Under the pieces are notes generated by a model, which searched no databases, was not told the DNA's origin, and saw nothing but the letters and a program-made list of their open reading frames with translations. Made by a program: the position numbers and the translations under genes. Of a DNA stretch of 64,000 nucleotides, positions 35,915 through 45,368 are shown piece by piece. How positions within the stretch are numbered: position 1 is the first letter of the stretch; every line of letters begins with the position of its first letter. Location of the stretch: contig CAJQPN010000001.1 in the NCBI GenBank assembly GCA_905480195.1, positions 145,132 to 209,131 of the forward strand, in the 5' to 3' direction. The stretch is from an uncultured Acidimicrobiales bacterium (GTDB taxonomy: Bacteria; Actinomycetota; Acidimicrobiia; Acidimicrobiales; Aldehydirespiratoraceae).

Positions 35915-37162
35915 TCAGCTCGGAAGCGGATCGCCTGCGCGTTGATGGCCGCTGAAGATCACGGCCAGCCGCTCGTGCCGTTCGAGGGCGGAACCGGCCT
36001 CGACAACGGCGATCAGCCCCCCGAGCCCCGCTGCGCCCGTCGGACAGGCCGGGATCGAGGTGTGGTCGTGTGCGAGCGCGTGCGCTCGGCGAAGCTGATC
36101 CTCCGACGGCACGACCGGCGCGCCCCCGGTCGCAAGCATCGCCTCGATGATCGGGATCCAGTCGTAGGTCACGTCGTCGAGGATGCCGGTGGCGTATGAC
36201 TCGGGCTCGTCGGCCCAGGGCCGCATGTACCGGGCCGGGTCGGACCGGAGCCGCCGAACAATCACCCTTCGAGCATCATCGGCGAGCCGACCGAGCGCCG
36301 CTGCGGCAGCCAAGCGACCCTCCACGGTGGACTCGGGCGGGGCATCGAGCAGTTCCGAAAGGACTGTGTCCCACGCCCGAACGAGCGGATGATTGCCGAG
36401 GGGCTGGACGGCATGAACGGTCGGCATCTTCGGCAGATCGCAACGGGCAAGGCCGGTCACGACTGCGCTTGCCAACGCACCACCGCCAACCTGGACGAAC
36501 AGTCGGTCGAGGTGGGGGGGCGTCGGGTGATCATGAGCGGTAAGGGCGTCGATCATCTCGAACGCGAGTGTGCGTCCGCCGTCGATCGTTGACGGGGTAT
36601 CGGTTCCCTGGCACGAGAATGCCGTGGCGCCCCCTGCGATCGCCTCGACCATGGCGAGGTACGCCGGATCGCCGAGCCGGCCCACCTCTCGTTCAACCCG
36701 TGTGACCCTCGCACCGGTCGACTCGATCTCGCCGACCACGGCATCGTCGGCCCACGTCGGCACGAAAACCTCGAGCGGGTGCTCGGCAGCTGCCGCGACG
36801 ATCGAGGCCGCCAACGCTGCATTACCGCAAGACGCAATCGCCCACGGCCCTACGCCGCTCGGAGCCAGTGCTTCGCAGACGGCGACGCCGAACAGGTGCC
36901 GACCCTTGTGTGAGCCCGAGACGTTGCCGGTCTCGTCTTTCACCCACAGTTCCATGCCGGCCGGCAGACCGACAGCGGTCGCCAGGGCAGTTTCACGCTC
37001 GAACGGTGTGGGAGCGAAACCGTGGCCCTCGAGCGCAGAAACCGCAGTGTTAAGTCGCCGAATGGCTGCCACCACCTGCTCATGTTCTCGTGCGGACAGC
37101 CCACGTCCGAGGTCGAGTCGGTCAAGGTGGCGCTCGAACGTCGATATCGCCGTGTCAGCCAC
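35915..37162 (-). CDS. PLP-dependent enzyme, fold type II (threonine-synthase/TrpB-like)
   Basis: 415 aa. 'LWVKDETGNVSGSHKGRHL' (PLP-lysine motif of GSHK type), 'ASCGNAALA' and a Gly-rich 'VQVGGGAL'. GTG start 2 nt after the upstream gene's stop. Confidence 0.75.
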   Translation of the reverse strand: MADTAISTFERHLDRLDLGRGLSAREHEQVVAAIRRLNTAVSALEGHGFAPTPFERETALATAVGLPAGMELWVKDETGNVSGSHKGRHLFGVAVCEALAPSGVGPWAIASCGNAALAASIVAAAAEHPLEVFVPTWADDAVVGEIESTGARVTRVEREVGRLGDPAYLAMVEAIAGGATAFSCQGTDTPSTIDGGRTLAFEMIDALTAHDHPTPPHLDRLFVQVGGGALASAVVTGLARCDLPKMPTVHAVQPLGNHPLVRAWDTVLSELLDAPPESTVEGRLAAAAALGRLADDARRVIVRRLRSDPARYMRPWADEPESYATGILDDVTYDWIPIIEAMLATGGAPVVPSEDQLRRAHALAHDHTSIPACPTGAAGLGGLIAVVEAGSALERHERLAVIFSGHQRAGDPLPS

Positions 37163-37164
37163 GA

Positions 37165-38709
37165 TCAGTCGTCGCTGCGGGTGCCGGTCCGAGTGTTGAA
37201 CTCGTTGATGAGCTCATCCCAGTCGGCGACGAAGTGACGCATACCGTCCCAAAAACGCTGATCGGCCCGGGCCGTGAAGTCGTCGAACGAGGTGCCCTGC
37301 TGCTCCACCCAGGTGAAGTAACCCAGGTTGAAGACGCGCCGCCGCTCTGCTTCGGTGAGCTCGAGGTGTTGCGCCGTGTCACCGGCCTCGAGCTCACGAC
37401 CGAAGTCGGCTGCGGCCGCCACCGAGTCGTAGCCGTCGGGGTGTTGCGCCGCAAGATACTCGGCCCGTTCGGCGTCATACAGCTCAGAGCCGTCGGTGGC
37501 GACGGTGACGATGATGTCGTCGCGGTCGAGATCGTGTTCTTTTGCGATCTTGATCGCGGCAAGGGCGTTGCAGCTCGAGGAGTAGCCCATGTGTTGCAGC
37601 GCCTCGACGAGAGCGGGGGCGAGACCCACCCGATCGACGAGGTAGCCCCTTCCTGCGTCGGTGTTGAAGAGCGCGTCGAGGGCATCGGTCGAGCGATCGC
37701 TCACGGCAACGACGTCGTCGGTGTTCATCACGTTGTGGATCAGAGGGACGTGTTTGTCGCCGATGCCTTGGATGTTGTGGTCGCCGAAGCCGTTCTCGAG
37801 CAGTGTGGGGCACTCGAGCGCCTCGACCGCAACAATGCGGGCGCCGTGGTTGTCCTTCAGGTAGTCACCTGCGCCGAGCGTGCCGGCCGAGCCCGACGCC
37901 GACACGTAGGCCGCAAGCCGAGCGGTGCCGGAACCGGTCGTGGCGTGCTCGAACACCCGCTCGAGGGCAGGACCGGTGACTGCGTAATGGCCGAGGTGGT
38001 TCGAGAATTCCGAGAACTGGTTGATGATCTCGATCTCGGGATCCTGCTCGAGTTCGTTGCAGGCGTCGTAGATCTCCTTGACGTTCGACTCGGTGCCGGG
38101 CGTCCGGATGATGTCGTTGGCTGGATCGAGAGTCCACTGCTCGAGCCAGTCGAAGCGGGCTTTGCTCATACCCTCGGGCAGCACCGCAACACCCCGACAA
38201 TCCATGATGCGCGAAATGGCGATGCCACCTCGCGCGTAGTTGCCGGTGGACGGCCACACCGCACGATGCACGGTGGGATCGAACCGGCCGGTGACGAGTC
38301 GGGGCACGAGGCAGGAGTAGGCGGCCAAGACTTTGTGGGCCCGGATCATCGGAAAACGATTCCCGAACGCAAGCAGGATGCGCGCGTCGACACCCGTCAT
38401 CTCTGGGGGGAGTTCGATGTAGTCGGGAACGTCGTGGGGCCCACTGCCGTCGAGCCCCCCGAACCAGTGCACACGGAAGAGGTTGCGAGAGTCAGGCTCG
38501 TTGCGGTCGAGGCCGACCAACGGCGCAAGGCGCCCAGTCGGGATAGTCGACGGGTCGGCCAGCTCGGCGAACGTCGGCAGCGCAATGCCGCGCTCTGCGA
38601 ACCTGGTGACAGTTCGGTCGTAGACCCCTTGGTCGGCGATCTCAGTCGTCAACCCGAGTGATGCATGCGCTCGTGCGACTTCGGAGCCATCGATCCCTCG
38701 TTTTGACAC
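37165..38709 (-). CDS. PLP-dependent enzyme, fold type II (divergent cysteine-synthase/CBS-like) with long C-terminal extension
   Basis: 514 aa. 'NRFPMIRAHKVLAAY' (putative PLP Lys) and 'WPSTGNYARGGIAISR' align by eye with the CysK 'NPxGSxKDR' and 'PTSGNTG' motifs. High GC3. Start is uncertain: GTG at 38709 or TTG at 38652. Confidence 0.7.
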   Translation of the reverse strand: MSKRGIDGSEVARAHASLGLTTEIADQGVYDRTVTRFAERGIALPTFAELADPSTIPTGRLAPLVGLDRNEPDSRNLFRVHWFGGLDGSGPHDVPDYIELPPEMTGVDARILLAFGNRFPMIRAHKVLAAYSCLVPRLVTGRFDPTVHRAVWPSTGNYARGGIAISRIMDCRGVAVLPEGMSKARFDWLEQWTLDPANDIIRTPGTESNVKEIYDACNELEQDPEIEIINQFSEFSNHLGHYAVTGPALERVFEHATTGSGTARLAAYVSASGSAGTLGAGDYLKDNHGARIVAVEALECPTLLENGFGDHNIQGIGDKHVPLIHNVMNTDDVVAVSDRSTDALDALFNTDAGRGYLVDRVGLAPALVEALQHMGYSSSCNALAAIKIAKEHDLDRDDIIVTVATDGSELYDAERAEYLAAQHPDGYDSVAAAADFGRELEAGDTAQHLELTEAERRRVFNLGYFTWVEQQGTSFDDFTARADQRFWDGMRHFVADWDELINEFNTRTGTRSDD

Positions 38710-38775
38710 TCTGTAACGCTAGCGCGGCGAGTGGGTAGTGATGCCTGGCAAGCAGCGCTGAGCCGTCGCCCTTCG

Positions 38776-40338
38776 CTAGATCGCGCGTTCGTGGCCTTCC
38801 CAAAAAGGGTCACGCAGGCGTCGCTTGTACAGCTTGCCGTTGGGGTCTCGCGGCAGTTCGGTCGTGTAGTCGATCGAACGCGGCAGCTTCTGGCGAGCGA
38901 TCTGATTTCGCAGCCACGACATGATCGCCTCGGTCGTGTCGTCGGAGGGTTCCCAGCCCTCGCGGAGTTCGACAACGGCCTTGATCTCCTCACCGACATC
39001 GGGGTTGGGGACGCCGAAGACGGCGACATCGCCGACCGCCTCATGCTGGATGAGCGCACCCTCGATCTCGGCCGGGTAGATATTGAGACCCCCGACGATG
39101 ATCATGTCGTTGGCGCGGTCGTTGAGAAACAAGAACCCGTCGTCGTCGAGATATCCGACGTCACCGACCGTGAAGAAGTCATCGAGTCGGGACTTCCGCG
39201 TCTTCTCCTCGTCGCCCTTGTACTCGAATTGCTGACCGCCACCCATCTTCATGTAGACCGTGCCCGACTCGAACGGTGGGAGACGTTGCCCGTCGTCATC
39301 GACGACAACGACCTCGCTGATCGGCCACGGCTTGCCCACGGTGCCCGGCTTGGTCATCCACTCGGCCGCGCCGACATAGGTGCCGCCGCCCTCAGTGGCC
39401 GCGTAGTACTCCCAGATCGAGTCGCCCCACCACTCGATCATCTTCCTCTTGGTCTCGACCGGACACGGCGCTGCAGCATGGACCATGTAACGGGTCGACG
39501 ACACGTCGTAGGAGTTCCGAACGTCGGCGGGAAGCTGCAACATCCGGTTGAACATCGTGGGCACCATGTGCGACGACGTGACCCGGTAACGCTCGATGCG
39601 TTCGAGCGCGCCCTCCGCCGTCCACTTGTCCATCAGCACAACGGTGTGGCCCAGATGCAGCGACATCGTGGTCCAGTTGTTGACGGCCGTGTGGTATAGC
39701 GGCGCCTGCGTCATCTGCACGTTGTCATCATGGGGCTTGGTGCCGAACAGGTACAGCAGTCCACCGCCGGCCTGTTGGTCGGGATGGCCTGGGTTGAGGG
39801 GGCGACGGACCCCCTTGGGTCGACCGGTGGTGCCCGAGGTGTAGAACATGAACGACCCCGTCGGACCGAGGTTCTCCGGACGGGTCTCTGGTTGACCCTG
39901 CACGAGGTCGTCGAACAGCCGAAAACCAGCGATCTCACCGCCAATCGAGAAACGGTTGGCTTGCGGGGTGACGCAGTCTTCCGCGACTCGTCTGGCCTCG
40001 GTGGCGAAGCGTGCGTTGACGATCAGTGCCTTCGTCTCAGAATCGTTGACGATGTAGCTGATCTCCGGTCCGACCAGGTGCCAGTTGACCGTGGTGACAT
40101 AGAAGCCGCCCTGGAACGCTGCGAGACAGATCGCAACCTGCTCGAAACTGTTCGGGAGGACGGTGGTCACCTGATCGCCCGGCTCGAGACCCAAGGCGCG
40201 CAGTCCGTGCACGATCTGATTGGAGAGCGCGGCAAGTTCTCCGAACGTCATCTGCTCGTGGTCAGGGTCGATCAGCGCAAGGTGGTCAGGATCGGCGTCG
40301 GCGATTTGCCAGAGTCCGAGGGTGTCCGTATTGGCCAT
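38776..40338 (-). CDS. Acyl-CoA synthetase / AMP-dependent ligase
   Basis: 'FYTSGTTGRPKGV' AMP-binding motif, 'TEGGG' and 'GDVGYLDDDGFLFLNDRANDMII'. Start set at the ATG at 40338 ('MANTDTLGLW'). Confidence 0.9.
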   Translation of the reverse strand: MANTDTLGLWQIADADPDHLALIDPDHEQMTFGELAALSNQIVHGLRALGLEPGDQVTTVLPNSFEQVAICLAAFQGGFYVTTVNWHLVGPEISYIVNDSETKALIVNARFATEARRVAEDCVTPQANRFSIGGEIAGFRLFDDLVQGQPETRPENLGPTGSFMFYTSGTTGRPKGVRRPLNPGHPDQQAGGGLLYLFGTKPHDDNVQMTQAPLYHTAVNNWTTMSLHLGHTVVLMDKWTAEGALERIERYRVTSSHMVPTMFNRMLQLPADVRNSYDVSSTRYMVHAAAPCPVETKRKMIEWWGDSIWEYYAATEGGGTYVGAAEWMTKPGTVGKPWPISEVVVVDDDGQRLPPFESGTVYMKMGGGQQFEYKGDEEKTRKSRLDDFFTVGDVGYLDDDGFLFLNDRANDMIIVGGLNIYPAEIEGALIQHEAVGDVAVFGVPNPDVGEEIKAVVELREGWEPSDDTTEAIMSWLRNQIARQKLPRSIDYTTELPRDPNGKLYKRRLRDPFWEGHERAI

Positions 40339-40430
40339 GGCCGCATCTTCGGACAGGACCGGGTCAGCCGCCAATCGCAACGCAGACGGGACCGTATCCT
40401 CGGTTGTTCAGCTCCGGGGACTCTCGACGT

Positions 40431-40682
40431 TCAGCCGACTGCCTCGACCGGGTTCACCGCCGTCAATTCGAGCATGTCGAGGCGGTCACGCCACCAGTCG
40501 GCCGGCACCATCGTCTTGCCGGGAAGGTTGGCCAAGGCGTCGTCGATCAGGCCGGTGACGTCACTGCGGCTGCCTGCCTCGAGTCGAAGATCGAGGAGGG
40601 CATCCATGACTCGTGAGCGGCTGCAGACGCTGCCATCGACATCTTGGCGAATGGTTCGGATGGTGGTTTCCAGATCACTCAT
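40431..40682 (-). CDS. Small hypothetical protein (83 aa)
   Basis: ATG preceded by GAGGAGG at ~13 nt. GC3 is moderately high. No recognisable domain. Lies 92 nt upstream of the AMP-ligase on the same strand. Confidence 0.55.
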   Translation of the reverse strand: MSDLETTIRTIRQDVDGSVCSRSRVMDALLDLRLEAGSRSDVTGLIDDALANLPGKTMVPADWWRDRLDMLELTAVNPVEAVG

Positions 40683-40877
40683 ATCCGTTTAAACGCCTCC
40701 TCGGGAAGGATTGTTCCTACTGCCATCACCAGCCGGTGTGACGTTTGTCCCATCTCCATCGCCTGTAACCGCGCTGGATCTGAGGACCACTGATGACTGT
40801 ACGGAAACAGTACCGCCTTGCAGATGCGTCTGGATCGTCAAACTGCAGAGTGGTCATCTCGGTGCAACACTCGCTTC

Positions 40878-41645
40878 ATGACGAGACTTCAAATCGGTGT
40901 GCAGATCCAGCCCCAGGCGACAGATGTTGCGTCGATGCGCGGGTGCTGGAGGAGCGCCGACGAGATGGGCGCTGACTCGATCTGGATCTGGGACCACTTC
41001 TATCCCCTGTTCGGCGACCCGAACGAAACCCATTTCGAGGCCTGGACGCTGCTATCGGTCATGGCTGCCGACACGAAGAACGCAAAGCTCGGCACGCTCG
41101 TCACCGGCAACGGATATCGCAACCCCGAACTCTTGGCCGACATGGCCCGCACGCTCGACCACGTCAGCAACGGACGCATGTATCTCGCTGTCGGCGCCGG
41201 CTGGTTCGAACGCGACTACGCCGAGTACGGCTACGAGTTCGGAACGGTCGGGAGCCGGCTCAGGCAACTCGAGGCCGACCTTCCACGTATGAAGCGCCGC
41301 TTGGCAAAGCTCAATCCTGGGCCGCGGGGGTCACTACCGCTGATGATCGGTGGCTCCGGCCGCAAGGTCACGCTCCGTCTCGTCGCAGAGCACGCCGACT
41401 CCTGGAACTGCTTCGGTCCACCCGACAACGTGGCCGAGTTGTGCGAGGTCCTCGAAGCCTGGTGTCTGAAGGTCGGACGGGACTCCTCGGAGATCGAGCG
41501 GACCGTGTCGATTGGCGCCGACGACCCTCACTCGGCGCAGGACTATGTCGACGCGGGAGCCACCCACATCATCGTGGGGCTGCACCACCCGTTCGATCTT
41601 GGTGCGCTTCGACAACGACTCGACGAGCGAGACGCCATCAGCTAG
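40878..41645 (+). CDS. Luciferase-like monooxygenase (LLM) class oxidoreductase, probably F420-dependent
   Basis: ORF 40818..41645(+). Start set at the ATG at 40878 ('MTRLQIGVQIQPQ'). 'DHFYPLFG...EAWTLLS...LGTLVTGNGYRNP' is typical of the LLM class. Confidence 0.8.
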   Translation: MTRLQIGVQIQPQATDVASMRGCWRSADEMGADSIWIWDHFYPLFGDPNETHFEAWTLLSVMAADTKNAKLGTLVTGNGYRNPELLADMARTLDHVSNGRMYLAVGAGWFERDYAEYGYEFGTVGSRLRQLEADLPRMKRRLAKLNPGPRGSLPLMIGGSGRKVTLRLVAEHADSWNCFGPPDNVAELCEVLEAWCLKVGRDSSEIERTVSIGADDPHSAQDYVDAGATHIIVGLHHPFDLGALRQRLDERDAIS

Positions 41646-41713
41646 CAGCGGGATCGGCAATGCTCGTCGACCTCCTCCCCACTGTGTGCGCGCCGAGGAC
41701 CGGCGGGTCGGCT

Positions 41714-43417
41714 TCAGCGCCGAGACCGCATGCTGTCGAGCCAGTCATCAGCTGCTTGCAGACGCCGACGCAGGGCGGGTTCGTCAGCCTCTCCGACCCG
41801 TTCGACGCCCGCCCGCTTGTTGAGTTCCGCGTTGACCATCGGATGCTCCATGCCGGTTGCCCGCACGAGTTCCAGCACTCTGTCCGCATTCCACTGCCGA
41901 AGGTCTTTCTTGCGAGCGTGCTTCGTGCGCAGATCACCAAGCGCTCCTCTCGCGTCGACATCGCGGCCCGGCAGCTTGGGGGGTGGTGGGAGGTCGACCG
42001 CAAGGCCAGCGAGTTCCTCGGCGGCAATGACGATGTCCTCGGCGGGATCAATGCCGTCGTCGGCACGCGGGGGGGTCTCCTCCCCATCGAGGGCGGTCGA
42101 CGAGAGCGCCTGGAACAGCGAAGGCTGCTCCTCGATCTGGACGGCGCGGGTGAGATCATCGAGCGCCGACTCGCGCTGGGCTTCCATCTCGATTCGCTCG
42201 TTGATGGAGTGCCGACGCTGGGATGCGATCTCCTGGGCGTGGTGACGGAGCCGAGGGTCGTCCGGTACGAAAAAGTACGCCTTCTGCGATGCCAGCCCTG
42301 GCGTCCAGCGAGCGATGCGTCCGACCGCCTGGCGAAAGAAGAGTGGAGTAACCGTGGTGGTGGCGTGAACCCCGACCCGGAGACGGGGGATGTCAACACC
42401 CTCGCTGATCATGCGGACCGCGACGACCCACGCCTGATCGGATCGGGCATAGGTCTCGATCACCGCCGACGCCCTCGGGTCATCGGATAGCGCAACGGCC
42501 GGCGCTTCTCCGGTCCAGCGTTCGAGAAGGGCCGCACACGCTCGCGCGTGGGCCTGATCGACGGCGATGACCAACCCACCGGCATCCGGCTGCTGCTTGC
42601 GGATCTGGCGAAGCTTCTCATCGGCTCTCACGAGCACGGTGGGAAGCCACTGTCCATCGGCATCGAGCGCCGTCCGGAGCCGGGCGCTGCGGTCCTCCCG
42701 CCCAACGTCGTCAGAAAACGACGCCTCCTTCAGCGCGCCGTCGACTCCAATCCACTCCATGTGCCCATCGAAGCGGGGAAAGAAGACAGGCCGGACCACG
42801 CCACCGTCGACGAGCGCCCTGCCGTAGTCGTACTCGAAGTCACTGATCGCATCGCCGTGATCACCGAGCGTGTACTCGACGAACGGGATCGGTGCGTCGT
42901 CGGATCGGAACGGTGTACCCGACAGCAGAAGCCGGCAGTTGGCTTCGGCGAACGCCTCGGCCACCGCGGTACCCCACGAAAGGTCGCCGCCTGCGTGGTG
43001 CACCTCGTCGAGAACGACGATGCCGCCGCGGCTGACGTCGAACAGCGTGCGAGCAGACGTCGCCACCTGGGCGTAGGTGACAACGATCCCGTGCATGTCC
43101 GACGGGATGTCACCGAGCGAGGCGTCCCATTCGGGCTCGAGATGGAACCCGAACCGTTCGGCGGCTGACGCCCACTGGGTCTTGAGGTGCCGGGTCGGTG
43201 CCACGACGACGAGTGGCAGTCGTTCGCCTCGGAGCCAGTGCCGAGCAGCAGTGAGGGCGAACGTCGTTTTTCCCGCACCGGGACAGGCCACGGCCAAGAA
43301 GTTCGCTCGGGGATGATCGAGAAAGGCTCGCAAGGCCTGATGTTGCCACTGGCGCAGTGTGATGCTCCGGCTCAAGGATCGGCAGAGTAGCCACCGAAGA
43401 TGCCGACCCCGCGGCAC
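41714..43417 (-). CDS. Superfamily-2 DEAD/DEAH-box helicase
   Basis: 567 aa. 'LRQWQHQA', Walker A 'ACPGAGKT', 'VLDEVHH', 'LLSGTPFR' and motif VI 'FRQAVGRIAR'. Start is GTG at 43417 or TTG at 43375. Confidence 0.85.
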   Translation of the reverse strand: MPRGRHLRWLLCRSLSRSITLRQWQHQALRAFLDHPRANFLAVACPGAGKTTFALTAARHWLRGERLPLVVVAPTRHLKTQWASAAERFGFHLEPEWDASLGDIPSDMHGIVVTYAQVATSARTLFDVSRGGIVVLDEVHHAGGDLSWGTAVAEAFAEANCRLLLSGTPFRSDDAPIPFVEYTLGDHGDAISDFEYDYGRALVDGGVVRPVFFPRFDGHMEWIGVDGALKEASFSDDVGREDRSARLRTALDADGQWLPTVLVRADEKLRQIRKQQPDAGGLVIAVDQAHARACAALLERWTGEAPAVALSDDPRASAVIETYARSDQAWVVAVRMISEGVDIPRLRVGVHATTTVTPLFFRQAVGRIARWTPGLASQKAYFFVPDDPRLRHHAQEIASQRRHSINERIEMEAQRESALDDLTRAVQIEEQPSLFQALSSTALDGEETPPRADDGIDPAEDIVIAAEELAGLAVDLPPPPKLPGRDVDARGALGDLRTKHARKKDLRQWNADRVLELVRATGMEHPMVNAELNKRAGVERVGEADEPALRRRLQAADDWLDSMRSRR

Positions 43418-43437
43418 GAGGGCAATAGTGTGCGCCC

Positions 43438-44265
43438 ATGGCCGACGAGCGACCCATCGAAGATCAGATCCGCCTCGACCTGCGTGGATCGGTGGCTTGG
43501 ATCACCATCGACCGACCCGAGGTCGGCAACGCGTTGAACCCGCCCTGCCGGAATCGGATCCGAGACCTCATCAATGATCTCAATGTTTCCAAGCAAGCTC
43601 GGTGCATCGTCTTGACCGCAGCCGGCGAGAAGCTCTTCTGCCCGGGTGCAGATCTCTCCCACGTCTACGAGACCGACCGGCCCGAGGGCATGCCCGACCA
43701 AGTTGTCGGCGATCCACGTCGGATGATGCTCGATGGCCAGTACACGTTGTTCCCGGCGATCCTCGACAGCGACATTCCGATCATCGCTGCCGTGAACGGG
43801 ACCGCCGCAGGGATGGGCGCCCACCTGGCCCTCGCCTGCGATCTCGTGATCGCCGCCGACAACGCGAAGTTCGTCGAAGTGTTCGCTCGAAGAGGTCTGG
43901 TGCCCGATGCCCTCGGCCCGTGGCTGCTGCCCCGCATTATCGGGGTTCGCAAGACGATGGAACTGATGCTCTTCGCCGACGACTTGCCCGCCACGGAAGC
44001 TGCCGATCTCGGCCTCGTCAACAAGGTCGTGCCTGCCATCGACCTCGAAGCGGCTGCCGTGGAGTGGTCCGAGCGCATCGCCAATGGCCCGACCCTTTCG
44101 TTCGGACTCACCAAGTGGCTCGTCAACCAGAGCCTCGACACCGACCGCGCCACGATGATCCACAACGAGTCGATCGCCGTCGAACTGAACACCTATTCCG
44201 AAGACAGCAAGGAAGGCATCGCCAGTTTCCGAGAACGCCGCGCTCCGCAATGGAAGGGCTACTGA
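43438..44265 (+). CDS. Enoyl-CoA hydratase/isomerase (crotonase) family protein
   Basis: 275 aa. 'AAVNGTAAGMGAHLALACD' oxyanion-hole region and 'EGIASFRERRAPQW' C-terminus. Confidence 0.9.
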   Translation: MADERPIEDQIRLDLRGSVAWITIDRPEVGNALNPPCRNRIRDLINDLNVSKQARCIVLTAAGEKLFCPGADLSHVYETDRPEGMPDQVVGDPRRMMLDGQYTLFPAILDSDIPIIAAVNGTAAGMGAHLALACDLVIAADNAKFVEVFARRGLVPDALGPWLLPRIIGVRKTMELMLFADDLPATEAADLGLVNKVVPAIDLEAAAVEWSERIANGPTLSFGLTKWLVNQSLDTDRATMIHNESIAVELNTYSEDSKEGIASFRERRAPQWKGY

Positions 44266-44316
44266 ACCCGGACACGGCGCTCAGCGCACCCCATCGGTCC
44301 CGATAAGACGGGTTGC

Positions 44317-45144
44317 TCAGCCATAGACGTGTCGATGCAGCCACCGGGTCGCGAAGTCGACGAGGGCCCGAGCACCCATCAGATGCGCTTCGCATGCACC
44401 GACCGGGCCGGATCGTTGTGCGCCGGTAGCGGCAAAGGCCTCCCCGATGGAGGCGAAATCGTTGTCCTCGTCGATCTCATCGTGGTCGACCCACACCCGT
44501 TCTCCCTCGACGATCACCGGGGAACGCTGCGTGAGCAGCGGGTGGTCATGGGGAATCGCTCGATATTCAGCCACATGCATCGAAGTGTTGTTGGCGTGGC
44601 TTGCACCGAGGAGGAGGATGCGCCCGTCGAGGTCGTAGAGGCGAGCCTGCGGCGAGCCCTCCCCCAGGCCCTGGTTGAGGGAATGGCCATCGAGCAACGT
44701 TGCCATGTTCGGCCCGATAGCCGCAGCCGAAACGGTCGGGTGATTGCTGCGTCGTACACCAGGGGCGAGGCGAAAGTACTCGGCGATCGCTCCCATCATC
44801 CTCGTCGGGCTCTTTGCCTTATCGAACGGGGGCATCGACTCACGCATCGTCTCGACCCAATCGACTGGTACAGGCGGATTCCGCCAGCTTCCCGGGTCGG
44901 TGTACTGCCCGGAATGGGCGGGCATCATCAATGTGCCGGTGGGACCGATCACGCCGATCAGCGCCTCGACGACCGCTTCGGGCCCGCCGACGACGTACCC
45001 GAGGGCCGACAACGAGGCGTGGACCATGACCGTCGCACCAGGAGCAAGTCCGAGCGCTTCGAGGTCGGATCGAAGCGACACCACCGTTACCGGTCGATGA
45101 GCCGCACCGATCAGTGCTCGCTCACGCTCGGCAGTCACTCGCAC
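44317..45144 (-). CDS. Aminoglycoside 3-N-acetyltransferase (AAC(3)) family protein
   Basis: 'LRSDLEALGLAPGATVMVHASLSALGYVVGGPEAVVEALIGVIGPTGTLMMP' is the AAC(3)-family N-terminal signature. The ORF extends to 45207. Start set at the GTG at 45144 because the preceding codons have mixed GC3. Confidence 0.8.
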   Translation of the reverse strand: MRVTAERERALIGAAHRPVTVVSLRSDLEALGLAPGATVMVHASLSALGYVVGGPEAVVEALIGVIGPTGTLMMPAHSGQYTDPGSWRNPPVPVDWVETMRESMPPFDKAKSPTRMMGAIAEYFRLAPGVRRSNHPTVSAAAIGPNMATLLDGHSLNQGLGEGSPQARLYDLDGRILLLGASHANNTSMHVAEYRAIPHDHPLLTQRSPVIVEGERVWVDHDEIDEDNDFASIGEAFAATGAQRSGPVGACEAHLMGARALVDFATRWLHRHVYG

Positions 45145-45368
45145 TGCTCCCTGGTCGCGACGAACACCTTCGGCGAACCGGTCGACGGGTCGCCACACCG
45201 ACACCAACCGTCTCGTCCCACGCCTTCAACGGCGTCCACGTGGCGTGCACGACGAAAGCGTAGTGCTGCCCGCCATCGTCGAGCCCGAGCCGTCGCAGTG
45301 TTCGCCGACCCGGCGGAGCAGCGCAGCGCTGCCGCGCACCAGAGCGCGTCAACTGGCAGCATGTCCGC

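Noticed and set aside
37090-38661. 523-aa ORF on the plus strand
   Set aside because: Antisense to the 514-aa PLP enzyme gene. The minus frame has PLP-family motifs and high GC3. The plus frame translation is low-complexity (Val/Gly/Arg/Asp).
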